A stretch of 33,620 bases of DNA from Bacteroidia bacterium. Its GTDB lineage: Bacteria > Bacteroidota > Bacteroidia > CAIKAF01. This document shows positions 24,999-33,620 of the stretch, piece after piece. The position numbers and the translations under genes are program-made. Position 1 is the stretch's first letter. Each line of letters begins with the position of its first letter. The stretch is taken from positions 1 to 33,620 of the forward strand of contig DATCKI010000289.1 in the NCBI GenBank assembly GCA_036562365.1, given 5' to 3'. The notes beneath the pieces are model-generated. The model ran no database searches. It saw nothing but the letters and a program-made list of their open reading frames with translations, and was not told where the DNA came from.

Positions 24999-27656
24999 AT
25001 GCAGGAACTTCCTAAAATTTATCAAGCTTCGGCTATTGAAGATGCCATTTATAAAACATGGTTGGATAATAAATGTTTCGCTAGCACTCCAGATTCTAGA
25101 GAAGCATTTTCTATTGTAATTCCACCACCAAACGTTACCGGCGTTTTACACATGGGCCACATGTTGAATAATACTATTCAAGATGTTCTTGTTCGCCGTG
25201 CACGTATGCTTGGTAAAAACGCAGTTTGGGTTCCAGGTACCGACCACGCTTCTATTGCGACCGAAGCTAAAGTGGTAAAAATGTTACGCGACCAAGGCAT
25301 TAAAAAATCTGAAATTGGCCGCGAAGAATTCCTTAAATATGCTTTCGAATGGAAAGACAAATACGGAGGAATTATCTTAGACCAATTAAAAAAATTAGGT
25401 GCTTCGTGTGATTGGGATCGTACTCGATTCACGATGGACCCAACCTATTACAATGCTGTAATTAAAACCTTCGTTGATTTTTACGAAAAAGGTTATATCT
25501 ACCGGGGCTTAAGAATGATTAACTGGGACGTGGAAGCTAAAACGGCCCTTTCTAATGAAGAAGTTATTTACAGCGAAACTGGTGAAAAATCTTTCCTTTA
25601 CCACGTTAAATACTTTATCGAAGGTTCTGATCAATATATTACCATTGCTACTCAACGCCCTGAAACTATTGCTGGCGACGTAGCTGTAGCCGTAAATCCT
25701 AAAGATGAACGCTACAAACATCTAATTGGTAAAAATGTTATCGTTCCTTTCGTTAATCGTGCAATTCCTGTAATTGCCGACGATTATGTGGATCTTGAAT
25801 TCGGTACGGGTTGCTTAAAAGTAACTCCTGCTCATGATGTTAACGACTATGAAATTGGTCAACGACACAACTTACCTGTAATAGATACCATCAACCTTGA
25901 TGGTACTATGAACGAAAAAGCAGAATTAGACTGGTTAATTGGTCTAGATCGCTTCGAAGCTCGTAAAGTGTTTGTAAAAAAACTAGAAGAAGCTGGTCTG
26001 CTTATCGAAAAGCAAGACTATATGGCTCGTATAGGTCGTTCAGAAAGAACAAACTCTGTAGTAGAACCTAAATTATCGTTACAATGGTTCATCCGCATGA
26101 AAGATGTTTCGGCTAGAGCCCTTGCTGCAGTTGAAAATGACGAGGTGGTTCTTCACCCTTCTAAATTTAAAAACACCTATCGCCACTGGATGGAAAACGT
26201 AAAAGATTGGTGTATTAGTCGCCAACTTTGGTGGGGACACCGTATTCCTGCTTGGTATTACGGCGAAGGTGAAAACGATTTCGTAGTTGCATTAAACGAA
26301 ACTGAAGCACTTGAAAAAGCTCGTATTGCAACAGGTAACGCAAATTTAAGTCTTGCCGATTTAAAACAAGACGAAGATGTACTTGATACTTGGGCTAGCT
26401 CTTGGTTATGGCCTATCGCTGTATTTGATGGATTAGAAAACTATCAAATTGGAGATGGTAAAATTAAAGATGTTCCTGCTGAACTTAAATACTATTATCC
26501 TACCGATGTATTAGTTACAGCACCAGAAATCTTATTCTTCTGGGTAGCTCGTATGATTATCGCTGGATACGAATATATGGATGCGCCACCGTTTAAAGAT
26601 GTATACCTTACAGGTATAGTACGCGATAAACAAGGTCGCAAAATGAGTAAGTCTTTAGGAAACTCTCCAGACCCGCTCGACCTTATCGAAAAATATGGCG
26701 CTGACGGTGTGCGTGTGGGTATGTTATTAAGCTCGCCTGCTGGTAACGACTTATTATTCGATGAGTCTTTATGCGAACAAGGACGTAACTTTACTAATAA
26801 AATTTGGAACTCATTCCGCTTAATTAAAGGTTGGCAAGTTACTGATGTGGCACCTACCTCTGAAGCTTTAGCTGCGGTTAATTGGTTCAATCAAAAATTG
26901 AACAAAGAAGTTGCTAACTTAAACGATTTATACAATCAATTCCGTATCAACGAAGCTTTAATGGCTTCTTATAAATTGGTTTGGGACGATTTCTGTAGTA
27001 CTTACTTAGAAATTATCAAACCTAAAGACGGACAAATTTCAGCTGAAATTTATAACGCTACTATTGAAATCTTCGAAAAACTTCTAAAAATCATGCATCC
27101 ATTTGTTCCTTTCATTACTGAGGAACTATGGAAACATATTGCAGAAAGAGGCGAAAAAGACTTCATCATGTTTGCTGCTTGGCCTGAAACTGCTGATGTT
27201 GATCAGAAATTATTAGCTGATTTTGATTTGTGTTTAGAAACTATTACTTCGCTTCGTAATTTCAGAAACGAAAAGGGAATTTCTATGCGTGAATCGATGG
27301 AATTATCTTCTACTAGCGAATTCCCTTTCACTGATGTAATTTCTAAATTAGCGAATGTAAGTGCTATTAAATTGGTAGATGCTAAACCAGAATCTACTTT
27401 AGCAATTCGTGTTGGAACTAAAGAATTGTTTGCCCCAATTGGTCAAGGAATTAATATTGAAGCTGAAATTAAAAAGCTGGAAGAAGAATTAGCTTATACT
27501 CAAGGCTTTTTACAAAGTGTTGCCAAGAAATTAAGTAACGAAAAATTCGTTCAGAATGCAAAACCTGAAGTTGTAGAAGCAGAACGCAAAAAACAAAGTG
27601 ATGCTGAAGCAAGAATTAAGATTATAGAAGAACAATTGAAATCTCTTGGAAAATAG
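24999..27656 (+). CDS. valS: valine--tRNA ligase
   Basis: The HIGH-type motif is PNVTGVLHMGH and the KMSKS motif is GRKMSKSLGN. A C-terminal coiled coil is present. I set the start at ATG 24999 (MQELPKIYQ...), downstream of the -7 box, rather than the TTG at 24975. Confidence 0.9.
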   Translation: MQELPKIYQASAIEDAIYKTWLDNKCFASTPDSREAFSIVIPPPNVTGVLHMGHMLNNTIQDVLVRRARMLGKNAVWVPGTDHASIATEAKVVKMLRDQGIKKSEIGREEFLKYAFEWKDKYGGIILDQLKKLGASCDWDRTRFTMDPTYYNAVIKTFVDFYEKGYIYRGLRMINWDVEAKTALSNEEVIYSETGEKSFLYHVKYFIEGSDQYITIATQRPETIAGDVAVAVNPKDERYKHLIGKNVIVPFVNRAIPVIADDYVDLEFGTGCLKVTPAHDVNDYEIGQRHNLPVIDTINLDGTMNEKAELDWLIGLDRFEARKVFVKKLEEAGLLIEKQDYMARIGRSERTNSVVEPKLSLQWFIRMKDVSARALAAVENDEVVLHPSKFKNTYRHWMENVKDWCISRQLWWGHRIPAWYYGEGENDFVVALNETEALEKARIATGNANLSLADLKQDEDVLDTWASSWLWPIAVFDGLENYQIGDGKIKDVPAELKYYYPTDVLVTAPEILFFWVARMIIAGYEYMDAPPFKDVYLTGIVRDKQGRKMSKSLGNSPDPLDLIEKYGADGVRVGMLLSSPAGNDLLFDESLCEQGRNFTNKIWNSFRLIKGWQVTDVAPTSEALAAVNWFNQKLNKEVANLNDLYNQFRINEALMASYKLVWDDFCSTYLEIIKPKDGQISAEIYNATIEIFEKLLKIMHPFVPFITEELWKHIAERGEKDFIMFAAWPETADVDQKLLADFDLCLETITSLRNFRNEKGISMRESMELSSTSEFPFTDVISKLANVSAIKLVDAKPESTLAIRVGTKELFAPIGQGINIEAEIKKLEEELAYTQGFLQSVAKKLSNEKFVQNAKPEVVEAERKKQSDAEARIKIIEEQLKSLGK

Positions 27657-27680
27657 GACTTCACACAAATGACATAACAC

Positions 27681-27713
27681 AAAAAATGCCGAGTTTTTAG
27701 CTCGGCATTTTTT
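27681..27713. terminator. bidirectional rho-independent terminator between valS and the convergent secreted-protein gene
   Basis: A-run, stem tgccgag (27687-27693) / ctcggca (27701-27707), then a T-run. Confidence 0.8.
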
Positions 27714-27733
27714 ATTTCAATACATTTAAACTT

Positions 27734-28315
27734 CTATTTAACTTGAACTAAATAACTAGAAAAAAGTTTATCATCGGTAGTAACCAAAAACTGAGAATCA
27801 TTCACATTACATAATCTGAATTTCTTTGTACTATTTCCCGATATTTTTCCTTCTAAATACACCTTATCTCCTTCTTGATACACTTTAGTGAACTCTCCCG
27901 TTTTACTTTCAGGAGTTTGTACTTGATACCCTTCATCGCCATATTTAATGGTATATTTTTCGACAAGAGTAAATTTAGTTTTTGCAGCTAAATGTTTTTG
28001 CATTAATGAAACATCTGGGGTAAAAGAGGCATAAGCTTCCCACTCACCATTTAAATTAAAGAAAATGATATCACCACCCATCATCGCACAAGTCATTTTC
28101 TTTTTAGCTATGCCTTTATTAGTCCACAGAACTGGCATTTTGCCTAAGAAAATGGCATTTTTCGTATACAAAGTATCAGGGTGATAAACATCTCTAACTT
28201 TAGCATAATCATGAGGTCTTCGAACCAAGGTTTTATGGTTAGAAGAAGCATCAACTTGCGCAAAAGAAGTAAGACTAAGGGCGAACAGTATAAATGAAAA
28301 AATTGAATTACGCAT
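27734..28315 (-). CDS. secreted hypothetical protein
   Basis: I moved the start to the ATG at 28315 (MRNSIFSFILFALSLTSFAQ signal peptide). This removes the 44-nt overlap with the upstream gene. I see no recognisable motif. Confidence 0.5.
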   Translation of the reverse strand: MRNSIFSFILFALSLTSFAQVDASSNHKTLVRRPHDYAKVRDVYHPDTLYTKNAIFLGKMPVLWTNKGIAKKKMTCAMMGGDIIFFNLNGEWEAYASFTPDVSLMQKHLAAKTKFTLVEKYTIKYGDEGYQVQTPESKTGEFTKVYQEGDKVYLEGKISGNSTKKFRLCNVNDSQFLVTTDDKLFSSYLVQVK

Positions 28316-28334
28316 AGATACGAATATACAATTT

Positions 28335-29201
28335 TTACCAATTATCGTCCATAAAATCGCCCATAATAGTTGTTTCAACAGCAGAGATACAAAGTACAGG
28401 AATTTCTTCTTTATTATAGATTACCTTTTGCTCTGGTTCGGTTACCATTTCAATAAATCCACGATCTTTTGAAGCCACAATCATAATTAAGTCTACATCA
28501 TTAGCCGCTGCATACTTGGTCATATCGTGATAATATTTTGACCCTTTAGATTGAATCGCCATGGTATAAGGTACACCTTTTTTCTCAAGGTATTGTTGAG
28601 CAAAAGTTTTATTTCGAGCAATTTCATTTTTAATGAATGGATCTTCTTCATAATCTTCAAATAAAACTAATTCAGACCCCATTACTTGATGGAAAATAAC
28701 CGCGTGTGGTAGAAGTCGGCGACATTGCTCCGCATTAGTTAATTCCATTAATATACGTTTATATCCTTCTTTCTTTGCTCCCTTATTTTGAACAATTAAA
28801 ACAGGAACTGGAGAAGAATCAACAATACGCAAAGCCCAAGATCCAAGTAAACGTTCACCTAAACTTTGAATACCGTGAGTTCCCATAACTAAGAACTTAG
28901 CTTTATATTCAGCAGTTGTATTACCAATAGCAGTAAAGATTTCGCCTTCAGGCATAGCAATATGGCAAGTAACTCCATAAATTTTCTTTACTTTTTCAGC
29001 TTGGTCGGTAAGAATTTGACGAACATACTCTGGGGTTTGACGAGCTTCTTCTAATTTACTTTTTGTGTCTTTATTCAACACGTGAATTATTAAAAGTTCG
29101 CTATTGTCTTTTTGAGCAATTATAGCTGCATGCTCAATAGCGATAAAACTTTCATGCGAAAAATCATTCGCAACGGCAATCATATTGTTGTAATTTTCCA
29201 T
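28335..29201 (-). CDS. universal stress protein, tandem USP domains
   Basis: I set the start at ATG 29201 (MENYNNMIAVAND...), because the track start at 29234 lies inside the -7 box. The first domain carries the ATP-binding motif G-x2-G-x9-G-S (GTHGIQSLGERLLGS). The second domain lacks it. Confidence 0.75.
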   Translation of the reverse strand: MENYNNMIAVANDFSHESFIAIEHAAIIAQKDNSELLIIHVLNKDTKSKLEEARQTPEYVRQILTDQAEKVKKIYGVTCHIAMPEGEIFTAIGNTTAEYKAKFLVMGTHGIQSLGERLLGSWALRIVDSSPVPVLIVQNKGAKKEGYKRILMELTNAEQCRRLLPHAVIFHQVMGSELVLFEDYEEDPFIKNEIARNKTFAQQYLEKKGVPYTMAIQSKGSKYYHDMTKYAAANDVDLIMIVASKDRGFIEMVTEPEQKVIYNKEEIPVLCISAVETTIMGDFMDDNW

Positions 29202-29231
29202 AAGTAATTCTACTTCGATTTGTTTGATATT

Positions 29232-29239
29232 CAAATATA
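29232..29239 (-). promoter_or_regulatory. Bacteroidota -7 promoter box TATATTTG for the USP gene
   Basis: Exact TAnnTTTG on the reverse strand, 30 nt upstream of the ATG at 29201. Confidence 0.55.
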
Positions 29240-29318
29240 AGGAAAACTACGGTGGGAAAAAATGATAAATGTCAATATAATTTAAAATAAATAACCGCAA
29301 TTGTAGGAGTACAAAAAC

Positions 29319-29350
29319 AAAAAAAGAGAGCCCTTTGAGAACTCTCTTTT
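29319..29350 (-). terminator. rho-independent terminator after tRNA-Leu
   Basis: On the reverse strand, aaaagagag pairs with ctctctttt across an 11-nt loop and is followed by a T-run. It starts 2 nt after the tRNA 3' end. Confidence 0.65.
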
Positions 29351-29352
29351 CG

Positions 29353-29434
29353 TGCGGGTGGAGGGACTCGAACCCCCATGCCTCGCAGCGCCAGATCCTA
29401 AGTCTGGTATGTCTACCAATTTCACCACACCCGC
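29353..29434 (-). tRNA. tRNA-Leu (anticodon UAG)
   Basis: The reverse strand reads GCGGGTGTGGTGAAATTGGTAGACATACCAGACTTAGGATCTGGCGCTGCGAGGCATGGGGGTTCGAGTCCCTCCACCCGCA. It has a 7-bp acceptor stem, anticodon stem CCAGA/TCTGG with loop CTTAGGA, a long variable arm and a GGTTCGAGTCC T-loop. CCA is not encoded. Confidence 0.9.
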
Positions 29435-29694
29435 GTGCTTTTTAAAATTGTGGGTGCAAAGATTAGCTTTTTTTTCGAATATGCAAAATATCTCATGCAT
29501 TTTATCAAAAAAATCCAACTCGTATACTTCTTTAAACATCCCACTTCCCTACATTTTCATTCATACAGAATTAAGTAAGTCACCCTCGCCATTTTTCAAC
29601 CCACTAAAAAACAAACCCTTACAAGCAACTTGTTAATATGAACCTAAATTTCCGTAAGACCATATTATTTATTTCAAAAATCCACTCTTTCATG

Positions 29695-29702
29695 TATCTT
29701 TG
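29695..29702 (+). promoter_or_regulatory. Bacteroidota -7 promoter box TATCTTTG for tig
   Basis: Exact TAnnTTTG, 32 nt upstream of the ATG at 29735. Confidence 0.6.
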
Positions 29703-29734
29703 CACCCGTTTTAAACATGAAAAAGCTATAAAGC

Positions 29735-31084
29735 ATGAATATTGCACAGGAAAAAATAAACGATTTGCACAGCAAAATTAAAATCAACATTGCACCAGAA
29801 GATTATAATGGAAAAGTTGAAGAACAATTAAAAAAGCTGCGTAAAAATGTAAACATGCCAGGTTTCCGTCAAGGAAATGTTCCTACTGGTTTAGTTAAGA
29901 AAATGTACGGTAAATCTGCTATTGCCGACGAAGTTGGTAAAATCGCAGTTAACCAATTATATAACTTCATTCAAGAAAACAAAATTGAATTCTTAGGCGA
30001 TCCTATCTTAGCTGAAGATAGTCCAGCTTTAGACTTCGACTTTGGAAAAGAATACGAAGTAATCTACGAAGTTGGTGTTATGCCATCTGTAGAACTTACT
30101 ATTCCAAAAGAAGCTTTCAAACATTATGAAATCACTATCGATGATGAAACTTTAAATGAAAACATCGAAGGTCAACGTCGCCGTTTAGGTAAAAACGTTG
30201 AAGCTGACGTTGTAGAAGATGGTGATATGATTATGGGTGAGTACATCGAAGTTGATGCAAACGGTAACCCAATAGAAGGTGGTTTCACTAAGAAAACTTA
30301 TATTTTCCATACTCGTATCGAAAACGAAGCAGCTAAGAAAGCATTCATCGGCGCTAAAAGTGGCGATGTAGTTAAAGTTAAGCCTCTTGATGCTTATAAA
30401 GACGAAGCTTCTGCTGAAATCTATTTAGGTCTTAAAAAAGAAGAATTAGCTGAGAAAAATGCCTCTTTAGTTTTCAAAGTTGAAAAAGCTAACCGTATGG
30501 AATTAGCTGAAATGAACCAAGAGTTTTTCGATAACTTATTTGGTCCAGGTAAAATCAACTCAGAAGAAGAATTCAAAAATGAATTAAGAAACATCTTACA
30601 AAAAGATGCTCAAGTTGAAGCTGATTTCCGTTTATTAAACGATATCCGTGCTAAAATCCTTGAAATACATAAATTCGACATTCCAGCTGATTTCTTAAAA
30701 CGTTGGATGTTAATTAAAGAAGAAGGTAAAAAGACTTTAGAGCAAATAGAAGAAGAGTTTGCAAACTCTATCGATGTAATTCGTTGGGAAGTTATCCGCA
30801 AAAAAATCAGCGATGAAAATGGTTATAAAATTACAGAAGAAGAGATTAATAACCGCGCTGAAGCTATGGTAAAAAGCCGCTTAGCTGAAATGGGTATGCC
30901 ATTAGACGATGCAGAAAGAATTCAAGCTATCGTTGCTAATGTACTTCAAAACAGACAAGAATATGAGCGCATTGCAGCTTCTTTAGCTGAAGAAAAAGTT
31001 CTTAATCACCTCAAAGGTTTAGTAAAAACTAAATCAGAAAAGATTGATTACAAATCATTTTTCAAATTAGAGAATAACGCATAA
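29735..31084 (+). CDS. tig: trigger factor
   Basis: 449 aa. The N-terminal ribosome-binding region contains the GFRQGNVP signature (GFRxGxxP). The position immediately upstream of clpP-clpX is the classic arrangement. Confidence 0.85.
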   Translation: MNIAQEKINDLHSKIKINIAPEDYNGKVEEQLKKLRKNVNMPGFRQGNVPTGLVKKMYGKSAIADEVGKIAVNQLYNFIQENKIEFLGDPILAEDSPALDFDFGKEYEVIYEVGVMPSVELTIPKEAFKHYEITIDDETLNENIEGQRRRLGKNVEADVVEDGDMIMGEYIEVDANGNPIEGGFTKKTYIFHTRIENEAAKKAFIGAKSGDVVKVKPLDAYKDEASAEIYLGLKKEELAEKNASLVFKVEKANRMELAEMNQEFFDNLFGPGKINSEEEFKNELRNILQKDAQVEADFRLLNDIRAKILEIHKFDIPADFLKRWMLIKEEGKKTLEQIEEEFANSIDVIRWEVIRKKISDENGYKITEEEINNRAEAMVKSRLAEMGMPLDDAERIQAIVANVLQNRQEYERIAASLAEEKVLNHLKGLVKTKSEKIDYKSFFKLENNA

Positions 31085-31094
31085 AACATAGAAG

Positions 31095-31117
31095 CCCCGA
31101 TTAAATCGGGGTTTTTT
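31095..31117 (+). terminator. rho-independent terminator of tig
   Basis: Stem ccccgat (31095-31101) / atcgggg (31105-31111), followed by TTTTTT. Confidence 0.75.
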
Positions 31118-31225
31118 ATTGCTATTAACTTGCTTTAATAGGAATTTAACGCTCCAAACTGGATAGGAAGATGAATTTTTGGAAATACATTATTATCTTC
31201 ACTCCATAAATAAAACTTTAAATTT

Positions 31226-31903
31226 ATGTTTCCTCAAGACGAATTCAAAAAATATGCCGTAAAGCATCACGGATTCAACAGTATGCACATTGAAAAATAC
31301 ATGTCGCAAGTGAGCGATATGACCCGTACTGTTATTGAAGAACGCCCAATGCCTTTCCGTGAGGTTGATGTGTTTTCGAGATTAATGATGGATCGTATTA
31401 TTTTCTTAGGTACTCCAATCGACGATTATATTTCGAATATAATTCAAGCTCAATTACTATTCTTAGAAAGTGCTGATGCGAATAAAGATATCCAAATCTA
31501 CATGAACTCTCCAGGTGGTTCTGTTTATGCTGGACTTGGAATTTACGACACTATGCAATACATCAATTGCGATGTTAGTACTATTTGTGTTGGTTTAGCA
31601 GCAAGTATGGGCGCCGTGTTACTTTGTGCTGGCGAAAAAGGAAAGCGTTCTGCTCTCCCACACTCTCGTATCATGATTCACCAACCTCTTGGTGGTGCTC
31701 AAGGTCAAGCTTCTGATATCGAAATTACTGCACGCGAAATTCAAAAGTTAAAACAAGAACTTTATGAAATTATCGCTCACCATACCGGTAAAGACTACGA
31801 TACCGTTTGGAAAGATAGTGATCGCGATTATTGGATGAAAGCTCCTGAAGCTAAAGAATACGGCATGATAGATGAAGTTCTAGAACGTAAACCTTCAAAA
31901 TAA
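31226..31903 (+). CDS. clpP: ATP-dependent Clp protease proteolytic subunit
   Basis: 225 aa with the catalytic Ser context [11 protein letters not shown] and the His context IMIHQPLGG. It has the N-terminal extension seen in Bacteroidota ClpP. Confidence 0.9.
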   Translation: MFPQDEFKKYAVKHHGFNSMHIEKYMSQVSDMTRTVIEERPMPFREVDVFSRLMMDRIIFLGTPIDDYISNIIQAQLLFLESADANKDIQIYMNSPGGSVYAGLGIYDTMQYINCDVSTICVGLAASMGAVLLCAGEKGKRSALPHSRIMIHQPLGGAQGQASDIEITAREIQKLKQELYEIIAHHTGKDYDTVWKDSDRDYWMKAPEAKEYGMIDEVLERKPSK

Positions 31904-31910
31904 TTTTCGA

Positions 31911-31939
31911 GCCGCTTCCTAAAAAAAGCGGCTTTTTTT
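31911..31939 (+). terminator. rho-independent terminator of clpP
   Basis: Stem gccgctt (31911-31917) / aagcggc (31926-31932), followed by TTTTTTT. Confidence 0.7.
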
Positions 31940-31982
31940 ATCATTAAAAAAGATATTAATCTCCTAAATATGGCTAATATCT

Positions 31983-31990
31983 TACCTTTG
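31983..31990 (+). promoter_or_regulatory. Bacteroidota -7 promoter box TACCTTTG for clpX
   Basis: Exact TAnnTTTG, 24 nt upstream of the ATG at 32015. Confidence 0.6.
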
Positions 31991-32014
31991 CAATCGCTTT
32001 AATAAAATTCAATT

Positions 32015-33247
32015 ATGTCTAAGAAGAAAACTTCAAATAATGAGCATTGTTCGTTTTGTGGCCGCCCTGATTCTGAAGCAGGTATGCTACTAAGTGGTAT
32101 GAATGCATTTATTTGTGACCAATGTGTAATGCAAGCCAATACCATGGTGCGCGACATGATGGGTATTCCCCCAGTTAATAGCATGGGAGAAAATAAAGAA
32201 CTCATCCTTAAAACTCCTAAAGAAATTACTGCCTTCTTAGATCAATATATCATCGGACAAGACGATGCTAAAAAATCTCTTGCTGTTGCCGTTTATAACC
32301 ATTATAAACGCCTTCAAGCTAAGCCTAAAACCAAAGAAGATGACGTTGAAATTGAAAAGTCTAACATGATCATCGTTGGTGAAACAGGTACAGGTAAAAC
32401 TTTATTGGCTCGTACTATAGCTAAAACTCTTAATGTTCCCTTCTGCATTGCTGATGCTACTGTACTTACAGAAGCTGGTTATGTAGGTGAAGACGTAGAA
32501 ACTATTCTTACTCGACTTTTACAAGCCGCCGATTATAACGTAGAAGCAGCGCAAAGAGGTATCGTTTTTATCGATGAAATTGATAAAATCTCTCGTAAAA
32601 GCGATAACCCATCTATCACTCGCGACGTTAGTGGCGAAGGTGTACAACAAGGCTTATTAAAACTTCTTGAAGGTTCCGTTGTTGGTGTGCCCCCTCAAGG
32701 TGGCCGTAAACATCCTGATCAAAAACTCATTCAAATTGAAACTAAAAATATCCTTTTTATTTGTGGTGGAGCTTTTGAAGGAATCGACAGAATTATTGCA
32801 AATCGTATAAATAACCAAAAATTAGGTTTCAAAACTAAATCTCAACGTGAGGTTATTGATTTCACCAATCTTCTTAAATACGTTTCTGCAACCGACTTAC
32901 GTCAATTTGGATTAATTCCTGAATTACTTGGTCGTTTGCCAATTATTACTCACTTAAATCCTCTTACACCAGAAACCTTAAAACGTATATTGACCGAACC
33001 TAAAAACGCTTTAGTTCGCCAATATCAACGTTTATTCGAAATTGATGGTATAAAACTTACTTTCGATGAAGAAGTTTATGACTTTATTGTTGAAAAAGCA
33101 ATTGAGCTTAAATTAGGTGCACGTGGGTTACGTGGTATATGCGAGCGTATTATGACAGACGCTATGTACCAAGCTACTGATCATGGTAAAAAGCTACATA
33201 TAGACCTAGCTTACGCCGTAGAAAAATATAATAGTCGCAATAACTAG
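32015..33247 (+). CDS. clpX: ATP-dependent Clp protease ATP-binding subunit ClpX
   Basis: 410 aa with an N-terminal zinc-binding CSFCGR...CDQC, Walker A GETGTGKT, Walker B VFIDEIDK and a GARGLR sensor motif. Confidence 0.95.
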   Translation: MSKKKTSNNEHCSFCGRPDSEAGMLLSGMNAFICDQCVMQANTMVRDMMGIPPVNSMGENKELILKTPKEITAFLDQYIIGQDDAKKSLAVAVYNHYKRLQAKPKTKEDDVEIEKSNMIIVGETGTGKTLLARTIAKTLNVPFCIADATVLTEAGYVGEDVETILTRLLQAADYNVEAAQRGIVFIDEIDKISRKSDNPSITRDVSGEGVQQGLLKLLEGSVVGVPPQGGRKHPDQKLIQIETKNILFICGGAFEGIDRIIANRINNQKLGFKTKSQREVIDFTNLLKYVSATDLRQFGLIPELLGRLPIITHLNPLTPETLKRILTEPKNALVRQYQRLFEIDGIKLTFDEEVYDFIVEKAIELKLGARGLRGICERIMTDAMYQATDHGKKLHIDLAYAVEKYNSRNN

Positions 33248-33618
33248 TATTTATAACCAGATATTTTTGCAACCCATCTTATAGGAGATAAATCGTGTCC
33301 TTTTTCTAGATCGTTTTTCTCCTCCGAGATGGCATTGTGTAATTTCTGCAAATTAGCTTCGCTCGGATTCTCTTTCCACTTAATTGCATGCTTTAATACG
33401 TAAGCAGCATAATGGTAATTCTTAGACGCATTATTGGCTTTAATTAAACGATTAAAATTATCTAAATCGTTTTGGGCAGAGACTAAATTGCCTTCCCCTA
33501 TCAAGCAGCAAATAAAGAGTACTTTTAGATAAAAATAATCAGATGATTTGTCTTCTAATTTAGCATCGCGCATTACCGAACGAGCCTTCCTATAATTCTC
33601 CATATTCAAGAGTACCAT
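33244..33618 (-). CDS. hypothetical helical (TPR-like) protein, C-terminal part; probably continues past the right edge
   Basis: The reverse-strand frame is open from the window edge to the stop at 33244-33246, which shares the palindrome CTAG with the clpX stop. Composition is helical-repeat-like with no diagnostic motif. Confidence 0.4.
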   Translation of the reverse strand: MVLLNMENYRKARSVMRDAKLEDKSSDYFYLKVLFICCLIGEGNLVSAQNDLDNFNRLIKANNASKNYHYAAYVLKHAIKWKENPSEANLQKLHNAISEEKNDLEKGHDLSPIRWVAKISGYKY

Positions 33619-33620
33619 AG

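Noticed and set aside
24886-25119. A 77-aa + strand ORF, and the ORF-track valS start at 24975.
   Set aside because: The 77-aa frame overlaps the valS N-terminus out of frame. The 24975 start is a TTG lying inside the TATTTTTG -7 box. The ATG at 24999 gives a typical ValRS N-terminus.
26495-26890. 131-aa reverse-strand ORF inside valS. Similar antisense ORFs occur elsewhere (e.g. 237-500, 814-1110, 1149-1490, 5361-5546, 16247-16537, 22088-22306).
   Set aside because: All lie antisense to, or out of frame within, genes with strong family signatures. They have low-complexity or hydrophobic shadow-frame composition and no promoter box of their own.
27720-29434. tRNA-Leu as a possible genomic-island integration site, with the USP and unknown secreted protein as cargo.
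   Set aside because: There is no integrase or other mobility gene. I found no second copy of the tRNA 3' end (GGGTTCGAGTCCCTCCACCC) to serve as an att repeat. Both cargo genes use the same promoter architecture as the rest of the window.
29282-29636. Two ORF-track entries (29282-29539 on - and 29352-29636 on +) spanning the tRNA-Leu locus.
   Set aside because: They overlap a well-formed tRNA-Leu(UAG) with its terminator and promoter region, so they are most likely spurious.
29717-29731. A mini-ORF, ATG AAA AAG CTA TAA (MKKL), in the tig 5' leader, in frame with tig and ending 3 nt before its ATG.
   Set aside because: It is four codons long with no supporting features, so it is most likely coincidental in an A-rich leader.
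1-33620. A search for CRISPR arrays, rRNA, RNase P RNA, tmRNA, SRP RNA, IS elements and defence or toxin-antitoxin gene pairs.
   Set aside because: I found no regularly spaced direct repeats and no conserved ncRNA core motifs (for example GGAAAGTCC for RNase P, or a tmRNA-type 3' end). There are no transposase or integrase-like ORFs, and no small adjacent gene pairs of unknown function.

Overview
AT-rich, tightly packed chromosomal segment that reads as core genome of a Bacteroidota bacterium (Flavobacteriia/Cytophagia-like). The basis is a SprE/PorW-type type IX secretion/gliding lipoprotein, exact TAnnTTTG '-7' promoter boxes before most transcription units, no Shine-Dalgarno sequences before start codons, TonB-C-domain proteins with a paired-Cys motif, and an L34 with a C-terminal extension. 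I call 36 protein-coding genes. Two are cut by the window edges, and two (rpmH and the left-edge fragment) are missing from the ORF track. I also call one tRNA-Leu(UAG), nine rho-independent terminators and fifteen exact TAnnTTTG boxes, and I used the boxes to correct four start codons (lipase, valS, secreted protein, USP). Content is mostly housekeeping: panB, an RluA-type pseudouridine synthase, gcvH, rpmH, dtd, skp/ompH, queD, gatA, tatA, valS and tig-clpP-clpX. There are also envelope and regulatory genes: two TonB-like proteins, VanZ, SprE, bactofilin, an MltD-like LysM transglycosylase, an Ig-like lipoprotein, a LytS/LytTR-type two-component pair, TetR, a tandem USP and a membrane desaturase. 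I recognise no rRNA, CRISPR array, transposase, integrase, phage gene, restriction/defence gene or toxin-antitoxin pair. I therefore do not think this window holds an obvious novel accessory system. The items most worth a second look are: (1) the roughly 620-nt gene-free stretch between the desaturase terminator and the valS promoter; (2) the apparent sprE-bactofilin-AtpZ-like-dtd operon; (3) three genes whose -7 box lies exactly 4 nt from the ATG, which predicts leaderless mRNAs; (4) a perfect 7-1-7 palindrome in the TetR promoter; (5) a front-end-type desaturase with no cytochrome b5 domain; (6) two orphan secreted proteins of unknown function. All product calls rest on motif recognition by eye, and no database search was possible.
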